64,000 nucleotides of DNA from positions 1,700 through 65,699 of the IMG/VR virus record IMGVR_UViG_2687453284_000002; one strand, written 5' to 3'. This DNA comes from a virus (taxonomy: Duplodnaviria; Caudoviricetes). A program made the translations under genes and the position numbers. The notes below the pieces were generated by a model. It was not told where the DNA came from. It saw only the letters and a program-made list of their open reading frames with translations, and did not search any database. Shown piece by piece: positions 17,799 through 25,993 of the stretch (its first letter is position 1; every line of letters begins with the position of its first letter).

Positions 17799-18093
17799 CA
17801 CGATGGCAAGAACGAGTTGCAGCCCTCGGAGGGGCGGGGCTAGCCCGCTGTGACGTATCGATGCACCGCGAAGATGCAGTGACCAATCTCACAAGCCGCA
17901 GGATATGGTCACGCGGACCGTTGACTACCGTGGCCCATCTGCCTCGCGGAGCTACCCACGGTTGTGTCAGTTACGGCTCTTGCAAGTGCGCGCACGGTGT
18001 GGTACGGGCCGACCATGAGTTGCTGGTGCGAGCTGCTCGCCGCGATAACAGAAGCCTGCGCGCAGCGGGCTTAGCTATTGCTGGTTAGTAGTG

Positions 18094-19356
18094 TTATTGC
18101 ATATCGAAGAGCGCAGGCTGCTTCGCGATAGCCTCAAGGAGGAGAGCCTCGACCTCCTTGCGCACCTCAGAAACTTCCACTGGCGTCCCGCTGCAATCAG
18201 CTCGCATATTGTCATTAGCGATAAAGTCGGCGGAAGATACTCCGCCAAAGACATTTACGATTCGCGAGTTCGCGCAGGTGGAGTATGACCGATTGAGTGT
18301 GCCGCGTACGAGCTCGGCCTTGGAAGGACCCGCCTTTATCTCATACGCGTACTCGAGAGTGATGCCGCCAGTCCTCTTATCGTAAAGATAGGATGCGTTC
18401 CTTGGCATCAACAGTGCTGCCGCAACGAAGTTGACGTTATGTTGCGCTACCGTCACCGTCTCCGTCCGTTCGGGCTGTACGCGTTCCTCGTGACGGAGCT
18501 TTTTAACTACCACTGGGATTGCGCCTGGGGAACTGTCTACAAACTGCGCCAGCGGCAGTTTTTTTCCCAGAGCTTCTGATAGATCGGTTTGGAGCAGCGG
18601 GTCCTCCGGGGAAATTTGGAGGTGAATCTTGCCTCGCCGCTTCGCAAGTGACTTCTCGGCTTCAGGTCCGAAATTCCGAGCTACCGAACCGGTGCTCGCT
18701 TGAGATGGAGTCAATCTTAGGGTCGGCAACGTGGCTGTGAAGTCGTTGTGGATTTTCCCGTGGGGAGATTCTTCGCTAGCGATGTCTGCCATTGCCTCGA
18801 CATCAGCGACGTAGAAGGTCGGGGGGAATGGCTTGGTGGATTGCGCTTCGACGACTCGCTTCTTGATAGTAAAGTAGCGCTCTGCGTTTAGGCCTTGACG
18901 TTGTTCACCGTAAAGCGCCCCGATTAAGGTGGTCGAGTAAACGTACTTCCCCGCCACTATCTCTGGCCGCACTCTATTTGCGAGACTGCTTCGGAGTGTC
19001 TCGGCCTCCTCAGTCGTTACAAGGCCACGCACTTCGATGGCCGAGATTGTTTTGAACGTTTGTTCAATGCCCGGCTCACTGAACTCAGTAGTTTTGGCCA
19101 TGTATTCGGAGCCCTGAGTATAGAAGGCCTTTTTCCCTTCTTGCGTGGCGACTTTGGTCCATAGATCACCGGTGCGCTCGGGCATCGACCTATCCAAGTC
19201 AACTAGTGCTCGAGCCGCTTCAAAATATTCTCCCTGTTTAACCTTGTCCTGAACCGCAAGTTCGGCTCTGTCCTGCCAAGTCTGGCGTGGGATTATTGCG
19301 CATGCGGACAGGAGGCCTGCAACTGCAATAGATGTGGCTTTCAACATACGGTCCAT
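18094..19356 (-). CDS. Lipoprotein of unknown function, moron
   Basis: Signal peptide with lipobox LLSAC; lower GC; own predicted promoter. Confidence 0.8.
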   Translation of the reverse strand: MDRMLKATSIAVAGLLSACAIIPRQTWQDRAELAVQDKVKQGEYFEAARALVDLDRSMPERTGDLWTKVATQEGKKAFYTQGSEYMAKTTEFSEPGIEQTFKTISAIEVRGLVTTEEAETLRSSLANRVRPEIVAGKYVYSTTLIGALYGEQRQGLNAERYFTIKKRVVEAQSTKPFPPTFYVADVEAMADIASEESPHGKIHNDFTATLPTLRLTPSQASTGSVARNFGPEAEKSLAKRRGKIHLQISPEDPLLQTDLSEALGKKLPLAQFVDSSPGAIPVVVKKLRHEERVQPERTETVTVAQHNVNFVAAALLMPRNASYLYDKRTGGITLEYAYEIKAGPSKAELVRGTLNRSYSTCANSRIVNVFGGVSSADFIANDNMRADCSGTPVEVSEVRKEVEALLLEAIAKQPALFDMQ

Positions 19357-19515
19357 ACGAATTCTTGTAGTTGGCTTGCAAGGAACGCTAGGCAAATAGC
19401 TTTGCCATGACGTCTGAGGGGGGTTATTTGATGCGCCGATAGGCTGAGGGAAATAACGCACAAGCGAGATTACGCATCGGAATCGAGCTAGAGGAAAATC
19501 GGGGGGAGGGCTGTC

Positions 19516-19558
19516 AACCTAGTTCATTTTCGCGGCAAATCTTGTGACGGGCATCACT
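19516..19558 (-). promoter_or_regulatory. Class II CRP-type promoter of the lipoprotein gene
   Basis: TGTGA-cgggca-TCACT centred at -41.5 relative to -10 TAGGTT (19521-19516). Confidence 0.55.
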
Positions 19559-19584
19559 ATCCGCGAAAGAACGGACGCCAGTCA

Positions 19585-20013
19585 TCAAGCTGCGTTACTT
19601 TTTGCGTGCGCTGGCTTTGGAGGCGGCTCATCGTCTGCAGCAACGTTTTCCAGCGCCCCCAAAGCATAGATTTCAATCCTCTCCCTGGTCCGCTTCGGTG
19701 CTTTTTTCCACTGCTCGCGGGTGATCGACACGAACGGCCAATCACCGTTGCTGGCGGTAGCTGGTTCTTTGGCAGGAAGGTCAGTCGAGCGCAGGTCCGA
19801 TGCGGCTTCGGAATCAAGCCATCCCGTTGGGCGGTCACTATCCCACGCGACTTCCATTGCCCGCGCGATCTTTTCGCCAAATGACTTCCTGCCAGCCAGC
19901 ATATCGCTGATCTGGCTGGCGGGCTTGCCTAGCCGCCTCGAGACAGGGGCAAGCCCGTGCTGGTCGACCAGGCGGGCCAAGTTTCGGCGCCTTGTTTCAG
20001 GAAGTTTACTCAT
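19585..20013 (-). CDS. cI: CI-like repressor (HTH, no S24 peptidase domain)
   Basis: RRRNLARLV..HG...VSRRLGKPASQISDMLAGRKSFGEKIARAME...PTGWLD; divergent from cro. Confidence 0.85.
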   Translation of the reverse strand: MSKLPETRRRNLARLVDQHGLAPVSRRLGKPASQISDMLAGRKSFGEKIARAMEVAWDSDRPTGWLDSEAASDLRSTDLPAKEPATASNGDWPFVSITREQWKKAPKRTRERIEIYALGALENVAADDEPPPKPAHAKSNAA

Positions 20014-20033
20014 GAGGCATTAGAGCATTTTGC

Positions 20034-20087
20034 AACCAAACGGTGAATTCACCGTATGGTGTCAATATTCACCGTTTGGTGTATGAT
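20034..20087. promoter_or_regulatory. OR operators with the PR (and PRM) promoter region
   Basis: Three ACCAAACGGTGAA/TTCACCGTWTGGTG sites; GTGTCA-17-TATGAT just before the cro ATG. Confidence 0.85.
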
Positions 20088-20094
20088 TCAGGGA

Positions 20095-20319
20095 ATGGAA
20101 AAGCTCAAAACATTCCTCATGACCATCCCCAAGGAGGAACGCGCCCCCTTCGCGGAGCGCTGTGGGACAACTTGGCCGTTCTTAAGGAACGTCATGTACG
20201 GCCAGCGCACCCCTGGTGAAAAGCTATGCGTGGCGCTGGAGCGTGAATCCGGTAAGGCGGTCACTCGCAGAGATCTGCGCAACGATTGGTTTGAGATCTG
20301 GCCGGAGCTGGCCGCCTAG
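20095..20319 (+). CDS. cro: Cro/YdaS-like regulator
   Basis: FAERCGTT..FLRNVMYGQR....LCVALERESGKAVTRRDLR.DW.EIWPEL; probably leaderless. Confidence 0.88.
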   Translation: MEKLKTFLMTIPKEERAPFAERCGTTWPFLRNVMYGQRTPGEKLCVALERESGKAVTRRDLRNDWFEIWPELAA

Positions 20320-20430
20320 CCGGAGCCAGCGATGCTGAAGCGCGTTTGCTCATTGCTTCGGCAGGCACTGGCGATCCCGCCTCTTGCCCAAATCGGGTGT
20401 GGAGATTCGGCGGCGAGGGGAGCACGTGCC

Positions 20431-20640
20431 TTAGTCCTTCGGCGGCAGGTCGATGTACTGACCGAGCAGCGCTCGGACCTCCGCGATCTTCTTTCGCATC
20501 ATGGTCTTCCACGGATCTTCGTAGATGACCTGGCCGCCGCAGAGAGGACACGGCGAGCCTTCCTTGGCCTCGCTGGACTGGAGGCAGGTGTAGCAGTGCC
20601 AGGCGCGACGATCGTCTGGTGGTTTCTTGGCTGAGGGCAT
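20431..20640 (-). CDS. Small Zn-finger protein, antisense between cro and cII
   Basis: CYTC...CPLCGG; in-register sense ORF 20332-20634 overlaps it. Confidence 0.55.
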   Translation of the reverse strand: MPSAKKPPDDRRAWHCYTCLQSSEAKEGSPCPLCGGQVIYEDPWKTMMRKKIAEVRALLGQYIDLPPKD

Positions 20641-20717
20641 GGCGGTAGCGGTCCATGGCTTGTGCTGGGCAGTTTAGCGGCATCGCTTCGATGCCTTTCT
20701 TTTTACGGGAGAACCAA

Positions 20718-21137
20718 GTGTCAACTCCAGTGTCAAGTGTTGCCACTCAAACAGAGTTGCCGCTGATGTGCTTGATGGAGAAGCCGCGCGCCATTGAGCA
20801 AGGTGTCATCTCGTCCATCTCCGACGAGTCCAGCCTGATCCGCAAGGCAATCGAACTGAGTCGATTCAAGTTCATGGAGAAGACCTATGCGGGCTACCTG
20901 GGGCTGTCGCCGTCTCAGTTCTCCAAGATCAAGCACGGCCGTGACGGCGCCGGGAAGGTCTGGCATCTGCCCATCACCGCCATTGCGCGCTTCGAATGCC
21001 TGGTCGGCCATACGCTGCTGACGCAGTGGATCACCTACCAGCGAGACCTGATGTTCAGCGACGACCTGCGCGAGCTGCATGATGCGGAGCAGAAGGCCGC
21101 GGCGCTGCGGGCCAAGCTCCTCGGGAGGGCGGCATGA
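20718..21137 (+). CDS. CII-like transcriptional regulator
   Basis: Position after cro; HTH-like YAGYLGLSPSQFSKIK; GGGAG SD with GTG start. Confidence 0.7.
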   Translation: MSTPVSSVATQTELPLMCLMEKPRAIEQGVISSISDESSLIRKAIELSRFKFMEKTYAGYLGLSPSQFSKIKHGRDGAGKVWHLPITAIARFECLVGHTLLTQWITYQRDLMFSDDLRELHDAEQKAAALRAKLLGRAA

Positions 21138-21295
21138 ATGCGCGCAACCTTCAAAAGGCGCAGCGCGCCTGGATCAACGAGCTGCTGCACAGGATGACCA
21201 TGGCCAATACCCAAGCCGTGCGTGTCCAGCTGTGCGCGGAACTCAAGCGGGAAATTGCCGAGCTGCTGGAAGGGCAAGTAGGGAGCAAGCAGTAA
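21134..21295 (+). CDS. Small hypothetical protein (53 aa)
   Basis: Manual translation MNARNLQKAQRAWINELL...; ATGA and TAATG coupling. Confidence 0.6.
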   Translation: MNARNLQKAQRAWINELLHRMTMANTQAVRVQLCAELKREIAELLEGQVGSKQ

Positions 21296-22251
21296 TGGCT
21301 AAGGATGTCACGAAGCCACCGCAGAAGAACCGGTACCGAAAGATCGAGGTGCGCATGTGGGGGGACGAGAAGTTCCGCAACCTGTCCCCGTTGCAGCCTA
21401 GCGGTCAGGGCCTATGGGTCTTTCTGTTGACCGGCCCGCACACCGGGCCCATCCCCGGCCTGTTCCGAGCCGGGCGCGCGGCGATGGCGGAAGAACTGGA
21501 CTGGGACGTGGAAGCCTTCGAGGAAGCCTTCGGGGAAGTCTTCCAGCAAGGTATGGCGAAAGCCGACTGGAAGGCTAAGGTGGTGTGGATTCCGAACGCG
21601 ATCCACTGCAATCGGCCCGAGTCTCCGAACGTGGTGCTGTCCTGGGGTGGAGAGTGGGACTTGATCCCAGAGTGCGACCTTAAGCGGGAAGCCTACGAAG
21701 CCCTGAAAGCCAGCATCTACGCGCTCGGAGAGGGTTTCGCAAAGGCATTCGACAAGGCTTTCGGTAAGCCTTCCGAAAAGCCTTCCACAAAGCCTACTGG
21801 CAAGACATGCCCTAATCAGGAACAGGAGCAGGAGCAGGAGCAGGAGCAGGATAAAAGAAGTAACCCTGACGGGTTACTCGTCGACAGCGACCCCGCTGAC
21901 GACTTCGTCCTCGGCGAAGGCGGGGGAAAGGCAACTCGCCCTGACTGCCCGCATCAGGAAATCATCGCCCTGTACCACGAGATTCTGCCGATGTGCCCGT
22001 CCATCCGCGAGTGGAAAGGCGCGCGTCAGGCGAACCTGCGCACTCGTTGGAACGAGGATCCCAAGCGGCAGAACCTCGACTACTGGCGGACCTTCTTCAC
22101 CTACGTTGCAGAGTCCAAGTTCCTCACGGGTCGAGCGAAGACGCAGGAAGGCCGCAAGCCATTCCTTGCCAGCCTGGACTGGATCGTGAAGGCCGAGAAC
22201 TTCACCAAGATCCGTGAGGAGCGCTACCACAACGAGGAATCCGCGCCATGA
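21295..22251 (+). CDS. Phage replication initiator (O-like)
   Basis: RYRKIEVRMWGDEKF N-terminus, QEQEQE linker, C-terminal ASLDWIVKAENFTKI; lies upstream of DnaB. Confidence 0.85.
   Translation: MAKDVTKPPQKNRYRKIEVRMWGDEKFRNLSPLQPSGQGLWVFLLTGPHTGPIPGLFRAGRAAMAEELDWDVEAFEEAFGEVFQQGMAKADWKAKVVWIPNAIHCNRPESPNVVLSWGGEWDLIPECDLKREAYEALKASIYALGEGFAKAFDKAFGKPSEKPSTKPTGKTCPNQEQEQEQEQEQDKRSNPDGLLVDSDPADDFVLGEGGGKATRPDCPHQEIIALYHEILPMCPSIREWKGARQANLRTRWNEDPKRQNLDYWRTFFTYVAESKFLTGRAKTQEGRKPFLASLDWIVKAENFTKIREERYHNEESAP
21728..21850 (+). repeat. 12-bp periodic AAGCCTT-type repeats plus a CAGGAG array, probable replication-origin iterons
   Basis: aaggcattcgac aaggctttcggt aagccttccgaa aagccttccaca aagcctactggc within the initiator gene. 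Confidence 0.6.
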
Positions 22252-22253
22252 GC

Positions 22254-22523
22254 CTATTCCTCGCTCGGTGGGCGCAACAGCTTGTCCTGGATGCCGGCTC
22301 GGCTGTCGCGTATGTCCTGAACGCGACGGGCAACATCGCGAGCTTCAATCTCGTCGGTGAAGAGGCCAAGCACCGTGCTGCTCGGCAGCGGCTTCATTGC
22401 CTGAAAGGCTTTCACGTTTTCGCGAACCAGATCCTTCACTTCGATGACGGTCACTGCGAATCGCGACGGCGCTTCGTAGTTCTCAGCCAGAACGGCCCAC
22501 AATTTTTTGGAGATTCCTGACAT
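22254..22523 (-). CDS. Hypothetical protein, antisense within the replication operon
   Basis: Protein-like composition; covered by in-register sense ORF 22248-22520. Confidence 0.5.
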   Translation of the reverse strand: MSGISKKLWAVLAENYEAPSRFAVTVIEVKDLVRENVKAFQAMKPLPSSTVLGLFTDEIEARDVARRVQDIRDSRAGIQDKLLRPPSEE

Positions 22524-22734
22524 GTTCGACGGACGTGTTGTTTGGTTGCATGACGACGATTTTAAGCCCGAGCTGATTCACGACGAATCAACGCCGGTCC
22601 AGTACCGTCTGAAGCCCGAGGCTTTTGACGCGTCGTTGACTGCCCACTTCCTGGTGTGGGGCGATCGGATCGTCAAGAACCGGCATGGAAAGACTGGCGA
22701 AATCACCGCCGAGTACAGCGGGGCGCCGGTATGA
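22522..22734 (+). CDS. Small hypothetical protein
   Basis: GGAG SD before ATG 22522; ATGA overlap with dnaB. Confidence 0.6.
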   Translation: MFDGRVVWLHDDDFKPELIHDESTPVQYRLKPEAFDASLTAHFLVWGDRIVKNRHGKTGEITAEYSGAPV

Positions 22735-24122
22735 ACGCCCCCGACGATTTCCCGCAGCCCCGCGCGCTGTTCAGCATCGAGGCAGAGCAGGCGGTGCTGG
22801 GTGGTCTGATGCTCGACAACGGCGCAATCGACCGCATCAACGGCTTGGAGCCGGCGCACTTCTACCGCGACGACCACCGGGAGGTGTTTGGCGCAATCTA
22901 CCGCCTGGTGTTGGCCAACCGTCCTGCCGACGTCGTGACCGTGTTCGAGGCGTTGCAATCGCAGGGCAAATCCGAGCGCTGCGGCGGACTGGGTTACCTG
23001 ACCGACCTAGCGCAGCGCACACCCAGCGCGGCGAACATTGCCCGCTACGCCGAAATCGTCCGGGACCGCGCGCTGCTGCGCGAGACTGCTGTGGCCGCAC
23101 GCAAAGTGCTTGAGCTCGTCGAGTCGCCGGGCCCGACGAAAGGGGCAGAAGCCGTCGATCGCGCGCAAGGGCTATTCGCGGACCTTGCGCAGGTCGGCGT
23201 GCGCCGTGGGCCGAAGATGATCGGCGAGCTGATGGAGTCGGTCATCACGCAGGTCGACGAGCGGTACCACAGCGGGATCGAACCCGGCATATCAACCGGC
23301 ATCGAATCCATCGACCGCGCGCTGAACGGCGGTCTGCATGCCGGCAACCTGGTTATCGTCGCCGGGCGTCCCTCAATGGGGAAGACTGCGCTAACCACTG
23401 ACATCGGCCTGAACATAGCGGACGCCGGCCTAAGCGTCCTGTTGGACTCCATGGAGATGTCCGACGCCGAGATCGTTGCGCGCGCATTGGCCAACCGCGG
23501 TCGCATCAACCTGTCGGCACTTCTGCGCGGGCGCCTGGAGGACAGCGACTGGCCCCGCCTGACCTGGGCGGTGCAAAACATGGGCGACATGCGTTTTGCC
23601 ATCGATGACACGCCCGCGATGTCGCTGCTCGAGGTGAAGACCAAGGCTAAAGCCCACAAGCGCAAGCATGGGCTGGACCTGCTGATCGTCGATTACCTGG
23701 GCCTCATGTCCGGCGGCGAAGAAAAGATGCGCACCCAGCAGATCGGCGCCTATTCGCGCGGCCTGAAGGCGCTGGCCAAGGAACTGGACATTCCTGTGGT
23801 TGCGCTGTCGCAGCTCAGCCGAAAGAACGAGGAACGCCCAGACAAGCGGCCCATGCTGTCGGACCTGCGCGACTCCGGGGACATCGAGCAAGACGCCGAC
23901 GTGGTGCTTTTCGTGCACCGGCCAGAGATGTACGACCCGAACAACGAGGCGCTGAAGGGTTACGCCGAGGTGCTGATTCGCAAAAACCGGAATGGAGCGC
24001 TCTGCGACGTGCCGTTGCTCTACAAGGGGCCAGTGACCAAGTTCGAGGATTGGACGGGCCCGCTGCCGATGGTTTCTGCCGGCGCGGCGGCGCGCAAGCG
24101 CGGCATCGCCGCGGATCTGTGA
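22731..24122 (+). CDS. dnaB: Replicative DNA helicase, phage-encoded
   Basis: EAEQAVLGGL, Walker A AGRPSMGKT, IVDYLGL, LSQLSR, DLRDSGDIEQDAD, KNRNG. Confidence 0.97.
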   Translation: MNAPDDFPQPRALFSIEAEQAVLGGLMLDNGAIDRINGLEPAHFYRDDHREVFGAIYRLVLANRPADVVTVFEALQSQGKSERCGGLGYLTDLAQRTPSAANIARYAEIVRDRALLRETAVAARKVLELVESPGPTKGAEAVDRAQGLFADLAQVGVRRGPKMIGELMESVITQVDERYHSGIEPGISTGIESIDRALNGGLHAGNLVIVAGRPSMGKTALTTDIGLNIADAGLSVLLDSMEMSDAEIVARALANRGRINLSALLRGRLEDSDWPRLTWAVQNMGDMRFAIDDTPAMSLLEVKTKAKAHKRKHGLDLLIVDYLGLMSGGEEKMRTQQIGAYSRGLKALAKELDIPVVALSQLSRKNEERPDKRPMLSDLRDSGDIEQDADVVLFVHRPEMYDPNNEALKGYAEVLIRKNRNGALCDVPLLYKGPVTKFEDWTGPLPMVSAGAAARKRGIAADL

Positions 24123-24129
24123 GGACAGC

Positions 24130-24675
24130 ATGAGCGACTTCTTCGAAACCGCGACCGCCACGGAAGCGCCTGATTCGCAAGGGAATGTCCCCGCAGCGTT
24201 GGGTACGCCGGCCTGCAACCTGAACATCCTGGCCATCGACATCGGCACCACCACCGGCTGGGCGCTGGGCATGCACGACGGCGCGCTGCACAGCGGTAGC
24301 GAGTCCTTCGCGCCCCGCCGCAACGACGGGCCCGGCCAGCGCTGGCTGAAGTTCTCTGCGTGGCTCGGCGAGCGCGCGCGGCAGGCCGGCGAGATCCACG
24401 CCGTCTACTACGAGCTGGTGCTGCGCCACACCGCGGTGCAGGCCGCGCACGTGTACGGCGGATTCGAGGCGCACCTGCAGGCTTGGGCCGACCGCAACCG
24501 GATCCGCCTGGTCGGTGTCCCGGTGCCAGTAATAAAAAAGGCGGCGACGGGGAAGGGCAACGCCGACAAGGACGCCATGATCGCCGCCATGCGCGCGCGC
24601 GGCTATCGAGTGGTCGACGACAACCACGCCGACGCGCTGGCTCTGCTCGAGCACGCCCGCAAGCAGGAGGCCTGA
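24130..24675 (+). CDS. RuvC-like Holliday junction resolvase
   Basis: ILAIDIGTTTGWA, YYE, IKKAATGKGNADK, DDNHADALA. Confidence 0.85.
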   Translation: MSDFFETATATEAPDSQGNVPAALGTPACNLNILAIDIGTTTGWALGMHDGALHSGSESFAPRRNDGPGQRWLKFSAWLGERARQAGEIHAVYYELVLRHTAVQAAHVYGGFEAHLQAWADRNRIRLVGVPVPVIKKAATGKGNADKDAMIAAMRARGYRVVDDNHADALALLEHARKQEA

Positions 24676-24677
24676 CC

Positions 24678-25241
24678 ATGCCGCGTTGGACTCCCAAAGA
24701 GGAACAGAAGCTGCGCGAACTGGTGGCCACTGGCCAGTCGTATCGCGTGATCGGGGCTCATCTGGGTCGCGCCGGTGACACGGTGTTTGCCAAGGCCAAG
24801 GCGATGGGGCTCGGCCCGAAGCCGCTTACCGGCGAACGCTCGCCCACCTGGATCGCCATCCTGCGGATCTGTGCCGACGGGATTCCGCGCACGGTGCATG
24901 AGTTAGCCATGGCCACCGGCGCAGCGCGGCACACCGTCGAATGCTTGTTCTGGGAGCGGAAGAAGTCGAAGCAGGCGCACGTGGCGCGCTGGCTGGCCGG
25001 CCACGGGGCGCCGGTGCCGTACTGGCTGCCGGTACCGGGGCGGAGCGCACGTCGGCCATCGACGCTGACACCGGCTGAGGTGTCGAAGCGCTTCCGCGAC
25101 CGGCTCCGCGAGAACGACCCAATTGCATACCGCGCCTACCTGGCACGGGCTACAACGCGCGCCGCGCTGAAGGCTGGGAAGGTGAAGCCGCAGCACGCCG
25201 TAGTGCGCGCGCTTTTTGGAATGGGAGGAACCAGAACATGA
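24678..25241 (+). CDS. HTH-containing hypothetical protein
   Basis: MPRWTPKEEQKLREL..G.SY..IG..LGR, a GcrA/Myb-like N-terminus. Confidence 0.7.
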   Translation: MPRWTPKEEQKLRELVATGQSYRVIGAHLGRAGDTVFAKAKAMGLGPKPLTGERSPTWIAILRICADGIPRTVHELAMATGAARHTVECLFWERKKSKQAHVARWLAGHGAPVPYWLPVPGRSARRPSTLTPAEVSKRFRDRLRENDPIAYRAYLARATTRAALKAGKVKPQHAVVRALFGMGGTRT

Positions 25242-25339
25242 GCAACTGGAACGGATAATGCTGCTACTGCGGTGCGATCGGCCACCGGCCCGAGAACTGC
25301 CGCTGGAATCGCGGCGTGCGATTGGCGAGGCCGCTATGA
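25238..25339 (+). pseudogene. CCHC zinc-knuckle mini-gene with an in-frame TAA at codon 7
   Basis: MSNWNG*CCYCGAIGHRPENCRW...; ATGA-coupled at both ends. Confidence 0.55.
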
Positions 25340-25536
25340 GCAACGGTCACGGAACCTGCTTGAAGTGCCGGGGCGATGTTCAGGTGTTCGGCTCGCGCTG
25401 GTGCCAAGAATGTTGGTACCCCGGAATCGACGACGGCTACCAGCGGTACCGCGATCTGATCGAGGAAGGGCACTCGCGCTACCAGGCGAAGGTCATGTCT
25501 GGCTGGGGCGATCCGGACGAAGCGAGGGACGACTGA
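25336..25536 (+). CDS. Small Cys-containing hypothetical protein
   Basis: CLKC...CQEC; GAGG SD. Confidence 0.65.
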   Translation: MSNGHGTCLKCRGDVQVFGSRWCQECWYPGIDDGYQRYRDLIEEGHSRYQAKVMSGWGDPDEARDD

Positions 25537-25538
25537 CC

Positions 25539-25958
25539 ATGGCAGCGCTATACCGCGAGTTCACCCTCAAGTCGCCCGGCATCTGGCCGACGGTGCTCGC
25601 GTTCATCAAGGCCAATGCCGCAGCGTGCGCCGACAAGGGTAGCCCGCTGCGCATCATCGTGACGGCCGAGGAACGGCGGCGCACGACCGAGCAGAACGCC
25701 TTCTACTTCGGCCCGGTGCTGCGCGACATCGAGGAGCAGGCCTGGATCGACGGGCAACAGTTCAAACGCGCCACCTGGCACGAGTACTTCGCAGACATGT
25801 TCGCGCCGAAGGTTGAGATTGCGCTGCCCGATGGCCGGTTGTTCACGCGGCGGAAGTCGACGTCGGAGTTCAGTGTCGGCGAATTCAGCGAATACGTGGC
25901 CAAAGTGCAGGCGCACGCGGCCAACGAGTTTGGAGTCGCGTTTGACGGCGTGCAGTGA
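25539..25958 (+). CDS. ninB: NinB family recombination protein
   Basis: RRTTEQNAFY, WHEYF, KSTSEFSVGEFSEYV..V.A.AA.EFGV. Confidence 0.85.
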   Translation: MAALYREFTLKSPGIWPTVLAFIKANAAACADKGSPLRIIVTAEERRRTTEQNAFYFGPVLRDIEEQAWIDGQQFKRATWHEYFADMFAPKVEIALPDGRLFTRRKSTSEFSVGEFSEYVAKVQAHAANEFGVAFDGVQ

Positions 25959-25993
25959 CCTGTCAAATGACCATCAAATAGGGGAACCATTCG

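Noticed and set aside
17878-17893. CRP-type box as a class II activator site
   Set aside because: The core matches, but there is no good -10 at the expected spacing on either strand; kept only as an unassigned site
21817-21850. CAGGAG tandem repeat as a phase-variable tract
   Set aside because: A 6-nt unit keeps the frame and encodes the QE linker typical of these initiators
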